Shown here: positions 52,157 to 60,686 of the stretch, piece after piece
Numbering within the stretch: position 1 is the first letter of the stretch
Layout: every line of letters begins with the position of its first letter
NCBI GenBank assembly: GCA_035526025.1
Contig: DATLDE010000011.1
Coordinates: 121,056 to 185,055, forward strand
Direction of reading: 5' to 3'
Length of the DNA stretch: 64,000 nt
DNA from: Candidatus Limnocylindrales bacterium
GTDB taxonomy: Bacteria > Patescibacteriota > Microgenomatia > Levybacterales > UBA12049
The notes under the pieces: generated by a model
Seen by the model: the letters and a program-made list of their open reading frames with translations, nothing else
What the model was told of the DNA's origin: nothing
The model's database searches: none
Position numbers and translations under genes: made by a program

Positions 52157-52443
52157 CACTAGATCAACTATACAAAATAATTAAAGATCGTAAAGAGAAT
52201 ATGCCAAAGAATTCTTATGTGACTTCCCTGCTCCTTCAGGGAGAAGATCGTGTTATTCAAAAAATAGGTGAAGAAGCTACTGAAGTTATCATTGCGGCAA
52301 AAAATACAAATAAAGAAAAATTTACTTCAGAAACTTCCGACTTATTGTTTCACATAATTATACTTCTTAATTTAAAAAATGTAACTCTTGATGATATTTT
52401 CCTTGAATTAGAAAATAGGAAAAGTAAACAAAAAAAAGTATAA
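52153..52443 (+). CDS. hisE: Phosphoribosyl-ATP pyrophosphatase
   Basis: LDQLY…SYV..LL..G…I.KKIGEEATEV…A. The ATGA start overlaps the hisI stop; the track start at 52102 is too early. Confidence 0.8.
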   Translation: MTLDQLYKIIKDRKENMPKNSYVTSLLLQGEDRVIQKIGEEATEVIIAAKNTNKEKFTSETSDLLFHIIILLNLKNVTLDDIFLELENRKSKQKKV

Positions 52444-52450
52444 TATATTT

Positions 52451-53647
52451 ATGATTGCACCTAGAACACTAAAAGGCTTTAGGGATTTTTTGCCAAAAGA
52501 AGCACGGAAAAGACAATACGTTATCAAAATCCTAAAAGACGTATTTGAATCTTTTGGCTTTGATCCCATAGAGACGCCAATTCTTGAATATGAAGAGATT
52601 CTTGCAGGAAAATATGGAGAGGAGGGCGAGAAACTTATATATCGCTTTGAGGACAATGGTGGAAGACGTGTAGCTATGCGCTATGACCAGACAGTTCCTT
52701 TGGCACGTGTTATTTCTCAGTATCAAAATGAGCTACCAATGCCGTTTAAAAGATATCAGATCCAGCCGGTGTTTCGCGCCGACAAACCACAAAAAGGCAG
52801 ATACCGCGAATTCATCCAGTGTGATATAGACACACTTGGAATTAACTCAGCTGCAACAGATGCAGAAATTATTGCTGTTGTGTCCAAGGCTTTTGAAAAT
52901 CTTAATTTCAAGAACTTCAAAATTCTTGTAAATAACCGCTCTGTTTTCAGGGACTTACCAACAAAAGCAATAATTATTATTGATAAATTAAAAAAAATAG
53001 GTCCTGAAAAAGTAAAAGAAGAACTAAGCGAAAAAGGATTTGACCCGGAATCTTTGACAAAAATTCAAAATGCTCCCCTCCCCGATTCGCTTAAGCTGGT
53101 ACTGAAAATTGCTGAAAAAATGGGAGTTGATAAAGACAAAATTTTGTTTGAACCTACACTTGCACGTGGACTTGATTATTACACAGGAACAATTATCGAA
53201 GTTGAGTCCCCTGACTATCCTACTGGATCACTTGGTGGAGGTGGAAGATATGATAATCTGATAGGCATGTTCGGCAACAAGCAAATTCCCGCAGTTGGAT
53301 TCTCATTTGGTTTTGATAGAGTTATTGAAGCCATGGAAGAGTTAAATCTCTTCCCGAAAAATCTTGAAACAACAAAGGTGCTTGTAACAATTTTCAGCGT
53401 TGAACTCGCTGATAAATCTATGGAGATTGTGAATAATCTACGAAGTAAGAATATCAACACTGAAATATATCTGGACGCAAATACCAAGATTGAAAAACAA
53501 CTTAAATACGCAGATCAGAAAAATATACCATATGTAATCCTACTGGGACCAAATGAAGTTGAAAAAAAAGTAATAACTTTGCGAAATATGAATACTCGCG
53601 AGCAAAAAACCCTGAGCATTGATCAACTGCCTGATGAACTTGTCTAA
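52451..53647 (+). CDS. hisS: Histidyl-tRNA synthetase
   Basis: Class-II aaRS motifs (RYDQTVPLAR, GGGGRYDNL) plus a C-terminal anticodon-binding domain. Confidence 0.8.
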   Translation: MIAPRTLKGFRDFLPKEARKRQYVIKILKDVFESFGFDPIETPILEYEEILAGKYGEEGEKLIYRFEDNGGRRVAMRYDQTVPLARVISQYQNELPMPFKRYQIQPVFRADKPQKGRYREFIQCDIDTLGINSAATDAEIIAVVSKAFENLNFKNFKILVNNRSVFRDLPTKAIIIIDKLKKIGPEKVKEELSEKGFDPESLTKIQNAPLPDSLKLVLKIAEKMGVDKDKILFEPTLARGLDYYTGTIIEVESPDYPTGSLGGGGRYDNLIGMFGNKQIPAVGFSFGFDRVIEAMEELNLFPKNLETTKVLVTIFSVELADKSMEIVNNLRSKNINTEIYLDANTKIEKQLKYADQKNIPYVILLGPNEVEKKVITLRNMNTREQKTLSIDQLPDELV

Positions 53648-54554
53648 GCACCAACTTGCGGTTCTATCATTAATTACTGCAAATGTAATCTGGGGAGCAT
53701 CATTTCCAATTTATAAATGGTCACTACAAAATATCCCTCCATTCACATTTGTTTTCTTGCGATTTTTTCTGGGAGCGATTTTAATTTTTCCTTTTGCTGT
53801 TGGAAAACTGCACATTAAAAAACATGACAGACTTAAAATCTTCATCAGTTCAACATTTGGCATAACCCTTGCAATTTCATTTTTATTTTTAGGCCTCAGA
53901 CTCGCACCCAGCATAAATGCACCTATTATATTTTCATCAAGCCCTGCAATACTTCTTCTCGTTGCCTTTTTTTATCTAAAAGAAAGACCAAAAAAGAAAA
54001 TAATTATTGGAACAATAATCAGCTTAATTGGTGTGGTACTTATAGTTATTAGCCCAATTCTTGAAAAAGGATTGGGAGGAGCTGTCTATGGAAATCTATT
54101 TTTTATTCTTGCTATTCTTTGCGACATAATGAGTACTGTTATAATTAAAAAATTCATCAAGGATTATTCAACCATCACAGTTGTATTTTGGTCATTCATT
54201 ATTGGATCCCTCTTGCTTTTCCCTCTTGTAATTTACGAAGCACAACAATTTAGCTTTTTAACCCAGTTAACTTATCAGGGCCTGATAGGTATCTCATATG
54301 GAGTATTATTTGCCGCTGTAGCAGCTCATTTATTATTTAATTATGGAATTAAATATATAAAAACGAGTGAAATTGGAATTTTTTCATACGTTGATCCAAT
54401 TGCTACTGCAACTGTTGCAACTCATCTTCTTGGAGAAGCAATCACGTTTTATTACCTACTGGGAGCAATATTGGTTTTTGCGGGTATTTTTATTGCAGAA
54501 CGCCGGATTCATTACCACCCACTCCATTTGTTGAAAAAAGATAGAGATGATTAA
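53619..54554 (+). CDS. EamA/DMT-family transporter (10 TM)
   Basis: Two EamA repeats, polytopic. Confidence 0.75.
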   Translation: MINCLMNLSKHQLAVLSLITANVIWGASFPIYKWSLQNIPPFTFVFLRFFLGAILIFPFAVGKLHIKKHDRLKIFISSTFGITLAISFLFLGLRLAPSINAPIIFSSSPAILLLVAFFYLKERPKKKIIIGTIISLIGVVLIVISPILEKGLGGAVYGNLFFILAILCDIMSTVIIKKFIKDYSTITVVFWSFIIGSLLLFPLVIYEAQQFSFLTQLTYQGLIGISYGVLFAAVAAHLLFNYGIKYIKTSEIGIFSYVDPIATATVATHLLGEAITFYYLLGAILVFAGIFIAERRIHYHPLHLLKKDRDD

Positions 54555-55348
54555 GCATTTATTCGCACGAGGTCTCTTGCTTTTTTAAGCCTTCCCTTAG
54601 CAGTACTTCTTGGCACGCCTATAACTTTTGCAGCCTCTGCAACTGATAATCCATCGCGTTCTACTAGAAATAATATTTCTTCATCATTAGGATTAAGAGT
54701 CTCTGCAATTACTTCTTTTTTGCGTAGATCCCCCTCATCGTCAACCTCATAAGTCCGTTTTACATCTCTTTTTGATCTATGTATCCTACTTCGAACCGTG
54801 CCAAGTGGTATATCCAGCATTTCAGCTATTTCATTGTATGATAATCCAACTACAGCATTTAGATATAATGCTTCAAGAAAGTCAGTATTTACCCCATTCC
54901 CCATCGCTTGTGCAGTTTGATTTTCTCCTAAATTTATAATTGCCGTTTCCTCCACTGATTCACCCGAATCCCTTAATAGTCTATCTGGAAGCTCGTCTAC
55001 ACTTACACCACTACTTTCGGATACATGCCTCTGCCCTCTTCTTACCTGATTAATTCTAGTGTTGACAATTGCTCTCTTAATATATGGCTCAACACTTCCT
55101 CCCCTCATAGCAAAATCTTCAGATGTTTTTCTTTTTAGGGGTGCTACAACGTTTGCAAGAGCAGTCTGGACCAGATCCTCTGCCGCCTGTGGTTCTCCAT
55201 TCATAAATCTTCTCGCAAAACTTACAAATCTTGGGTATGCGCCGCTGTATGCTACAGAATCATTATCCAAAAACTGCTCCAAGGTCATTCCGGCTGACGC
55301 ATTTCCAACATGACCACGCCTAGGTAATTCGTGTTCTAATAAAGCCAT
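54551..55348 (-). CDS. ECF-type RNA polymerase sigma factor with duplicated sigma-4-like C-terminal domain
   Basis: Sigma-2 (AEDLVQTALANV…). Sigma-4 (LSYNEIAEMLDIPLGTVRSRIHRSKR). A second sigma-4-like HTH (LSVAEAAKVIGVPRSTAKGRLKKARDL). GC content is elevated (about 45-55%). Confidence 0.75.
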   Translation of the reverse strand: MALLEHELPRRGHVGNASAGMTLEQFLDNDSVAYSGAYPRFVSFARRFMNGEPQAAEDLVQTALANVVAPLKRKTSEDFAMRGGSVEPYIKRAIVNTRINQVRRGQRHVSESSGVSVDELPDRLLRDSGESVEETAIINLGENQTAQAMGNGVNTDFLEALYLNAVVGLSYNEIAEMLDIPLGTVRSRIHRSKRDVKRTYEVDDEGDLRKKEVIAETLNPNDEEILFLVERDGLSVAEAAKVIGVPRSTAKGRLKKARDLVRINA

Positions 55349-55428
55349 AGATAAAACAGTGCTATAGTTTTCATTTTACTCTTGTTTTTTAGCTTGTCAA
55401 CATGGAGTATTTACGCTATAATATATCC

Positions 55429-55728
55429 ATGAAAGCGAATATACACCCACAATACAAAAGTGAAGCGCAAGTAACGTGCGTGTGCGGAAATAAATTCACG
55501 GCAGGATCTACCAAAGAATCTTTACACATCGAGCTATGTTACAAATGTCACCCATTTTATACAGGCGAGCAGCGCTTTGTTGATAGTGCTTCAAGAATTC
55601 AAAAATTCCAGAACAAACAAAAAGTTGCTTCCACATTCATTGCAACTAAGCAGAAAAAAGTGGATGATAAAAAGAAAAAAGACGACGGGCCCAAAACACT
55701 TCGCGAAATGCTCATGGGCATGAAATAG
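55429..55728 (+). CDS. rpmE: 50S ribosomal protein L31 (zinc-ribbon form) with Lys-rich C-terminal extension
   Basis: MKANIHPQY…CVCGN…[10 protein letters not shown]. The start is an internal ATG; the track start at 55402 is upstream. Confidence 0.85.
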   Translation: MKANIHPQYKSEAQVTCVCGNKFTAGSTKESLHIELCYKCHPFYTGEQRFVDSASRIQKFQNKQKVASTFIATKQKKVDDKKKKDDGPKTLREMLMGMK

Positions 55729-55787
55729 CTACTCCTATTGTTAACCTCTAATAATTTATCTGTTATGATAAATCTGACAACCAAACT

Positions 55788-56657
55788 ATGAATGACTATC
55801 GCCTGATCCAAATCCAAGAACTTGAAGATAAAATTGAAGAAACCAAAAAACTTCTAGTTGATTCTTCCATGGCAGAACTTGCCAATGAAGAAATAAAAGA
55901 ATTAGAAGAACAAAAAAAAATAATAGAAGATAGCATAAGTACTTCAAATCTTAAAAACGAAGAGGATTTTGACACCAAGAATATTTTACTTGAAATAAAA
56001 GGCGCTGCTGGAGGCGATGAAGCCAAGCTTTGGGCTGAGGAGCTTATACGAATGTACACAAGGTATGGCCAAAAAAAGGGATTCAATGTCGAACAACTTG
56101 AAGAGTATGTCCTGAAAATCTCGGGCGGGTATCAACCTTTTGGTACATTTAAATATGAAGCTGGTGTTCACCGAGTACAAAGAATCCCAGCGACAGAAAA
56201 AAAAGGGCGAATTCATACATCTACTGCTTCTGTATCAATTCTCCCAGAGCTTGAGGACATAGATATTCATATAAGCCCGGATGATATCGAATTTGAAGCT
56301 TTCCGCTCAGGTGGACATGGTGGACAGAATGTAAATAAAGTATCAACAGCTGTTAGGATAAAACACAAGCCGTCAGGAATTGTTGTGACAGCATCCGTTG
56401 AAAGGTCTCAAGGCCAAAACCGTGAGATTTGCATGAAGTTACTACGCGCTCAGCTGTGGGAAAGAGAAGTAGCAAAAAGAGATGAGCAGATATCCTCCCT
56501 TAAATCCACACAGGTAGGACGAGGCGACAGGTCAGAGAAAATAAAAACATACAATTTCCCACAAGACAGACTTACTGATCATAGAATCAATAAATCATGG
56601 AAGAATTTGCCACTGATTCTCGCTGGGGACATCCCCGAAGAACACCCAAATGATTAA
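55788..56657 (+). CDS. prfA: Peptide chain release factor 1 (short form)
   Basis: PAT tripeptide (RIPATEKKGRIHTS) and GGQ (SGGHGGQNVNKV). The protein is 289 aa; domain 1 and the C-terminus are shortened. Confidence 0.8.
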   Translation: MNDYRLIQIQELEDKIEETKKLLVDSSMAELANEEIKELEEQKKIIEDSISTSNLKNEEDFDTKNILLEIKGAAGGDEAKLWAEELIRMYTRYGQKKGFNVEQLEEYVLKISGGYQPFGTFKYEAGVHRVQRIPATEKKGRIHTSTASVSILPELEDIDIHISPDDIEFEAFRSGGHGGQNVNKVSTAVRIKHKPSGIVVTASVERSQGQNREICMKLLRAQLWEREVAKRDEQISSLKSTQVGRGDRSEKIKTYNFPQDRLTDHRINKSWKNLPLILAGDIPEEHPND

Positions 56658-58174
56658 ATCTTTTTTTGAGTCTGCGAAACTAATATCGCTTTTTCTTTCT
56701 CATATCTAGGCATATCCCGTGTTCTAAACTTCGCCCTTCTGTGCCATTGTACCCATGAATATAAAAAGCTTCCAACTTTTATATAAGTCACAACTCTTTG
56801 AGTTTTCTTATTTAGTTCTGGTTTTTTTACGGCAATTTCTCGTAGTGCTAAATTAAGCGCAGGCATCGCAACTGCAGATGATGCCTTACCAACAGCGTTG
56901 GCTTTCACATCAACACCTTTTCTATTATAATGCCATCTCACCCCTGAACTCACTACTTCCCTTCCCGTTCTGACAGCGTAATCGACTGGATCCAATCGGC
57001 CAATCTTAACAGCGCCCAAACCTGACATAATATCAAGCGCTCTGTCTCCTATAAGGTCATACATTGCCCCTCTGTTCGTTGCTCCTCTTTTACTATGCTT
57101 AACAGTAGTACCATCCAGCAGATCTTTAATTATTGATTTAAGATGCGTTCTTCGCGCCCTTTTAATATTTGGCTCTGGTCTTGCCAAATCATAAAGAATT
57201 TCAGCGCCATCTTTAACTCTTGAGAGCGACATGTAATCACCGATTGCACCACCACCATGATATATTATTTTGCCCGCAACTTTACCAGGTATGCTCTCTG
57301 AAATAGCCTGGACCATTTTCTTTGCCTGTTCCGTTCCAGGTATATTCACCCTAGGTGGAATTGCATCTACAACCTCTTTCGGTAACATAATAATCCTTCC
57401 CCCGTGTCCCGAAATTTTACTGCTAACCCACAACTCTGGAGGAAGATGCTCAGTGTATTTACGCCTTGGAGATGGTTTTTCCGCAATCTCAACCCCTTCT
57501 CTTTTCAATCGACGTATAGCTTGAATTGGCGTTTCGTGGGGAGCATCATCAATAAAATCATCTGGAACGCGATCCATCCACCATTTCATTCCTCCCTCGA
57601 TTACTCTTCTAAAACGGTCTCCAAAAAGATCAGTTTTTCCCTGTCTATCGACTAAGATTGTAACATCAGCACCAGCTATTTTTGCGGCACGTATATCTCC
57701 TGTGAGCTTATCGCCAACAACAGCGACCACAGCATCATCATTGTCGGAACTGGCAACAACATTAAGAATCATGTTTGGACCAGGCTTGCGGTCTTTTCTA
57801 CTAAGCGGAACTTGGGTACTGTCAGCTTCTATTTGCGCGTTGGATGAAACAAGTCTCACAAACCCAATTTCATCCCTGGGAGCACTATTTGTTGCAACAT
57901 GAACCTCTCTTAAAATTCTTGCTTTTTTTGCACCTAAAATATTACTACGAGCTGAATCGGGAACATCCCAACCATATAAAGGAACTGTAGTTCCGTCCCT
58001 GTCTAAAACTCCAATCACACCTTTCCCTTCATCAAGTTGCCCCCAATTAATAGAAGCAACATCACGCACATGGAGATTAGGTCTATATGGACGTATAACA
58101 CGATTAACTCCTCTCTTAACTGCTGTTTTCAGTTTTCGTTCTGCTTGTCCTGGCGGTCTTTCTGCTGCTTGCAT
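56654..58174 (-). CDS. HAD-IIIA phosphatase (PNK-3'-phosphatase/GmhB/histidinol-phosphatase-like) fused to an uncharacterised ~300-aa C-terminal domain
   Basis: HAD motif I VLDRDGT, motif III RKPGPNM and motif IV VVGDKLTGDIRAAKIAGA. The C-terminal half (HGGRII…YHGGGAIGD…) matches nothing I recognise. GC is about 43-45% against about 30% in neighbours. Its stop overlaps the prfA stop convergently. Confidence 0.6.
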   Translation of the reverse strand: MQAAERPPGQAERKLKTAVKRGVNRVIRPYRPNLHVRDVASINWGQLDEGKGVIGVLDRDGTTVPLYGWDVPDSARSNILGAKKARILREVHVATNSAPRDEIGFVRLVSSNAQIEADSTQVPLSRKDRKPGPNMILNVVASSDNDDAVVAVVGDKLTGDIRAAKIAGADVTILVDRQGKTDLFGDRFRRVIEGGMKWWMDRVPDDFIDDAPHETPIQAIRRLKREGVEIAEKPSPRRKYTEHLPPELWVSSKISGHGGRIIMLPKEVVDAIPPRVNIPGTEQAKKMVQAISESIPGKVAGKIIYHGGGAIGDYMSLSRVKDGAEILYDLARPEPNIKRARRTHLKSIIKDLLDGTTVKHSKRGATNRGAMYDLIGDRALDIMSGLGAVKIGRLDPVDYAVRTGREVVSSGVRWHYNRKGVDVKANAVGKASSAVAMPALNLALREIAVKKPELNKKTQRVVTYIKVGSFLYSWVQWHRRAKFRTRDMPRYEKEKAILVSQTQKKI

Positions 58175-58274
58175 ATGTTATGGATTTTCTCATAAATGAG
58201 AAGCTGATGCAAGAATAAGTATGCATTCAAATTAAGTTTTGACTTTCGGGTAAAATCTGCTAGAATTTTCACTC

Positions 58275-59702
58275 ATGCTGCCCGAGAAAATATCATTTGT
58301 AGACATCGAAACAACAGGAGGAAGATCATTCTACGATCGTATTATAGAAATTGGAATAATCAGGATAGAAAATAATGTAATAGTAAAACAATACGAGTCT
58401 CTTATCAATCCAAAAGCTCACATCCCCAGAGAAATCGAGATGCTGACTGGAATTACAAGTCGGGATCTTGAGAACGCACCAACATTTCGTCAGATTAAAG
58501 ATGATATTCTTGAAATTCTGGCAGATAGTTTTTTCGTTGCTCATAACGTCAGGTTTGACTACGGCTTCTTAAAAAGCGAGTTTCAGCGCGAAAATATTTC
58601 TTTTTCACAAAAGCATTTTTGTACTGTACGCCTTTCACGCCTACTCTACCCCGAATTCAAACATCACAATCTGGATAGCATAATCGACAGATTTGGATTT
58701 GACTGTGCAAATAGACACCGAGCAATGGATGATGCAAAAGTTCTATTTGATTTTTATAAAAAGACAGGTTCTGATTTCCCTTCAGATATTTTTGAACAGG
58801 CTATTTCAAAAACTCTTAAAAAACCCTCAACGCCTTTAAATCTCACGTCATCTGCTCTTGAAAATCTTCCTGAAGAACCAGGAGTATACGTATTTTACGC
58901 AGAAAGCGGCATGCCTCTTTATGTAGGGAAAAGCATCAATTTAAGAGAACGAATCCTATCCCACTTTTCATCAGACATCCACTCCCCAACGGAAATGAAA
59001 ATCTCGCAACAAATAGCCAATATTGAGACCATAACAACAGGCGGTGAACTGGGGGCATTGATTCTTGAATCACAAATGATAAAAAATCTTCTTCCTCTTT
59101 ATAACAAAATATCACGTGTGAAAAGAGAATTAATTGCTGTTAAATCCAGGACAAATAAAGCGGGCTACATGGAAACATACATGGAACCAATACAAAATAT
59201 AAATCCTGAAGAGTTAACTAGCAATAATGAAGAAAGATTCCTGGGATTTTTTAAATCACGCAGACTTGCCAAAGAATATCTTACGTCTCTTTCAAGAAAA
59301 TATTTCTTGTGCGAAAAACTCTTGGGTCTTGAAAAGACAACTACTGCGTGTTTTGGATACAGGCTTTCCAATTGTAAAGGATCTTGCATGGCCGAAGAAA
59401 AGTCTATTTTCTACAACATGCGGTTTACTGAAGCATTTAATACCTCTATCATAAAGCCTTGGCCATATAATGGACCTATCATGATTGAGGAAAAATCAAT
59501 AAAAGGAAATATTGAATATTTTTTAATTGATAAATGGTGTTATCTTGGAAAGATGAAAATTGATGAATACGGTATACCAAATAACCAGCTTACAGATAAT
59601 CTGGAATTTGATTTAGATATTTATAAAATTATAAAAAGATACCTGAGGGAACCCAAAAATCACAAAAAAATCAAAAATGCTAGCGGCCTATCAACATCAT
59701 GA
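58275..59702 (+). CDS. DnaQ-like 3'-5' exonuclease fused to GIY-YIG nuclease domain (Cho/UvrC-N-like)
   Basis: Exo motifs FVDIETTG, FVAHNVRFD and HRAMDDA. GIY-YIG motif GVYVFYAESGMPLYVGKSINLRERILSHF. Confidence 0.8.
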   Translation: MLPEKISFVDIETTGGRSFYDRIIEIGIIRIENNVIVKQYESLINPKAHIPREIEMLTGITSRDLENAPTFRQIKDDILEILADSFFVAHNVRFDYGFLKSEFQRENISFSQKHFCTVRLSRLLYPEFKHHNLDSIIDRFGFDCANRHRAMDDAKVLFDFYKKTGSDFPSDIFEQAISKTLKKPSTPLNLTSSALENLPEEPGVYVFYAESGMPLYVGKSINLRERILSHFSSDIHSPTEMKISQQIANIETITTGGELGALILESQMIKNLLPLYNKISRVKRELIAVKSRTNKAGYMETYMEPIQNINPEELTSNNEERFLGFFKSRRLAKEYLTSLSRKYFLCEKLLGLEKTTTACFGYRLSNCKGSCMAEEKSIFYNMRFTEAFNTSIIKPWPYNGPIMIEEKSIKGNIEYFLIDKWCYLGKMKIDEYGIPNNQLTDNLEFDLDIYKIIKRYLREPKNHKKIKNASGLSTS

Positions 59703-59883
59703 TGAGAACCATCAAAATAAACCCACCACCTGCAATTATTATCAGATCCTGATCAAAACCAGAGGAGGAGTTGAGTGAACTTTTAACTGCTTTCTTCTTA
59801 GTTGTTTTTGTAGCTTTTTTTGACATAAGAAATATTCCTTATACTTATAATACATTATTAGGGATAGCCTTTGTCAAGAGGGA

Positions 59884-60627
59884 TTAATATTGAACGAAAT
59901 ATTGAACGTTTGCCTTTTTTTGAAGCTCTGCAAGCCATTGCTGAACTTTCTCATTTAGTTTTTGCTGTCTAAGATTATCAGATACTGATTTGCTGAGCTG
60001 AGCTTCTGTCTGATCGGCTGGTAGTGACTCTTTATTTTTTTCGATGTATTCAGTAACTTCTTTATCAGTTATTTTTATATCTTTGCCGACCATTTTACTT
60101 ACCAATTTATCAAGTCTTATGAGTTTTCTCAAATCTTCTTTTGTTAATCCCTGAAGCGCTAAGACCTGATCCATCTTCTGTCCTGATTTTGAAAGAGTTG
60201 TTTCCACTTTTTTAATTTCTGCATCTATTTCTTTGTCAGTTATTGTAACATTTTGTTTTTTTGCTTCCTGCTCGATCAGGCTATTTCTTACAAGATTATT
60301 TATGGTTTGCTTGCCAGCTTGTTTTTCAGTTTCACGAACAACATTTACTCTATAAATAGGCATACCATTTACCATAGCAGCAATGAAAACGCCCTTATAT
60401 CTTACAATCATAACTGCAAGCAGTGCGAGCACGACAATAAATGCTACATATGACTTACGGACCCTAAGAGGTGGATTTGTGGAATCTGATGAGGATACGC
60501 TTGAAGTAGTTTTTGATGACGCAATCTTTGCAGAAGAAGTGGATTTAAATTTTGTTCCTGTTAATTTTTTAACAGTTGGTTTTGCAGCTGTTTTCTTTGA
60601 ACTTGTTGTTGTTTTTCTTGTCGCCAT
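59884..60627 (-). CDS. SurA N-terminal-domain chaperone-like protein (PpiD/PrsA-like), membrane-anchored
   Basis: Basic N-terminus, a TM helix and a SurA_N-like helical domain (…TITDKEIDAEIKK…). Confidence 0.55.
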   Translation of the reverse strand: MATRKTTTSSKKTAAKPTVKKLTGTKFKSTSSAKIASSKTTSSVSSSDSTNPPLRVRKSYVAFIVVLALLAVMIVRYKGVFIAAMVNGMPIYRVNVVRETEKQAGKQTINNLVRNSLIEQEAKKQNVTITDKEIDAEIKKVETTLSKSGQKMDQVLALQGLTKEDLRKLIRLDKLVSKMVGKDIKITDKEVTEYIEKNKESLPADQTEAQLSKSVSDNLRQQKLNEKVQQWLAELQKKANVQYFVQY

Positions 60628-60686
60628 ATCTGTCTTATATTATATATAATCCACCCTATGCAATGCAAGTACTATTTTCACTAAAC

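Noticed and set aside
52451-53647. HisZ, the regulatory paralogue of HisS
   Set aside because: HisG is the long self-regulated form. This protein also retains a full anticodon-binding domain and the class-II motifs, so hisS is favoured.
57270-57902. Three 66-84-aa plus-strand ORFs
   Set aside because: They are antisense within the GC-elevated HAD-fusion gene. Higher GC lowers stop frequency and so inflates spurious ORFs.
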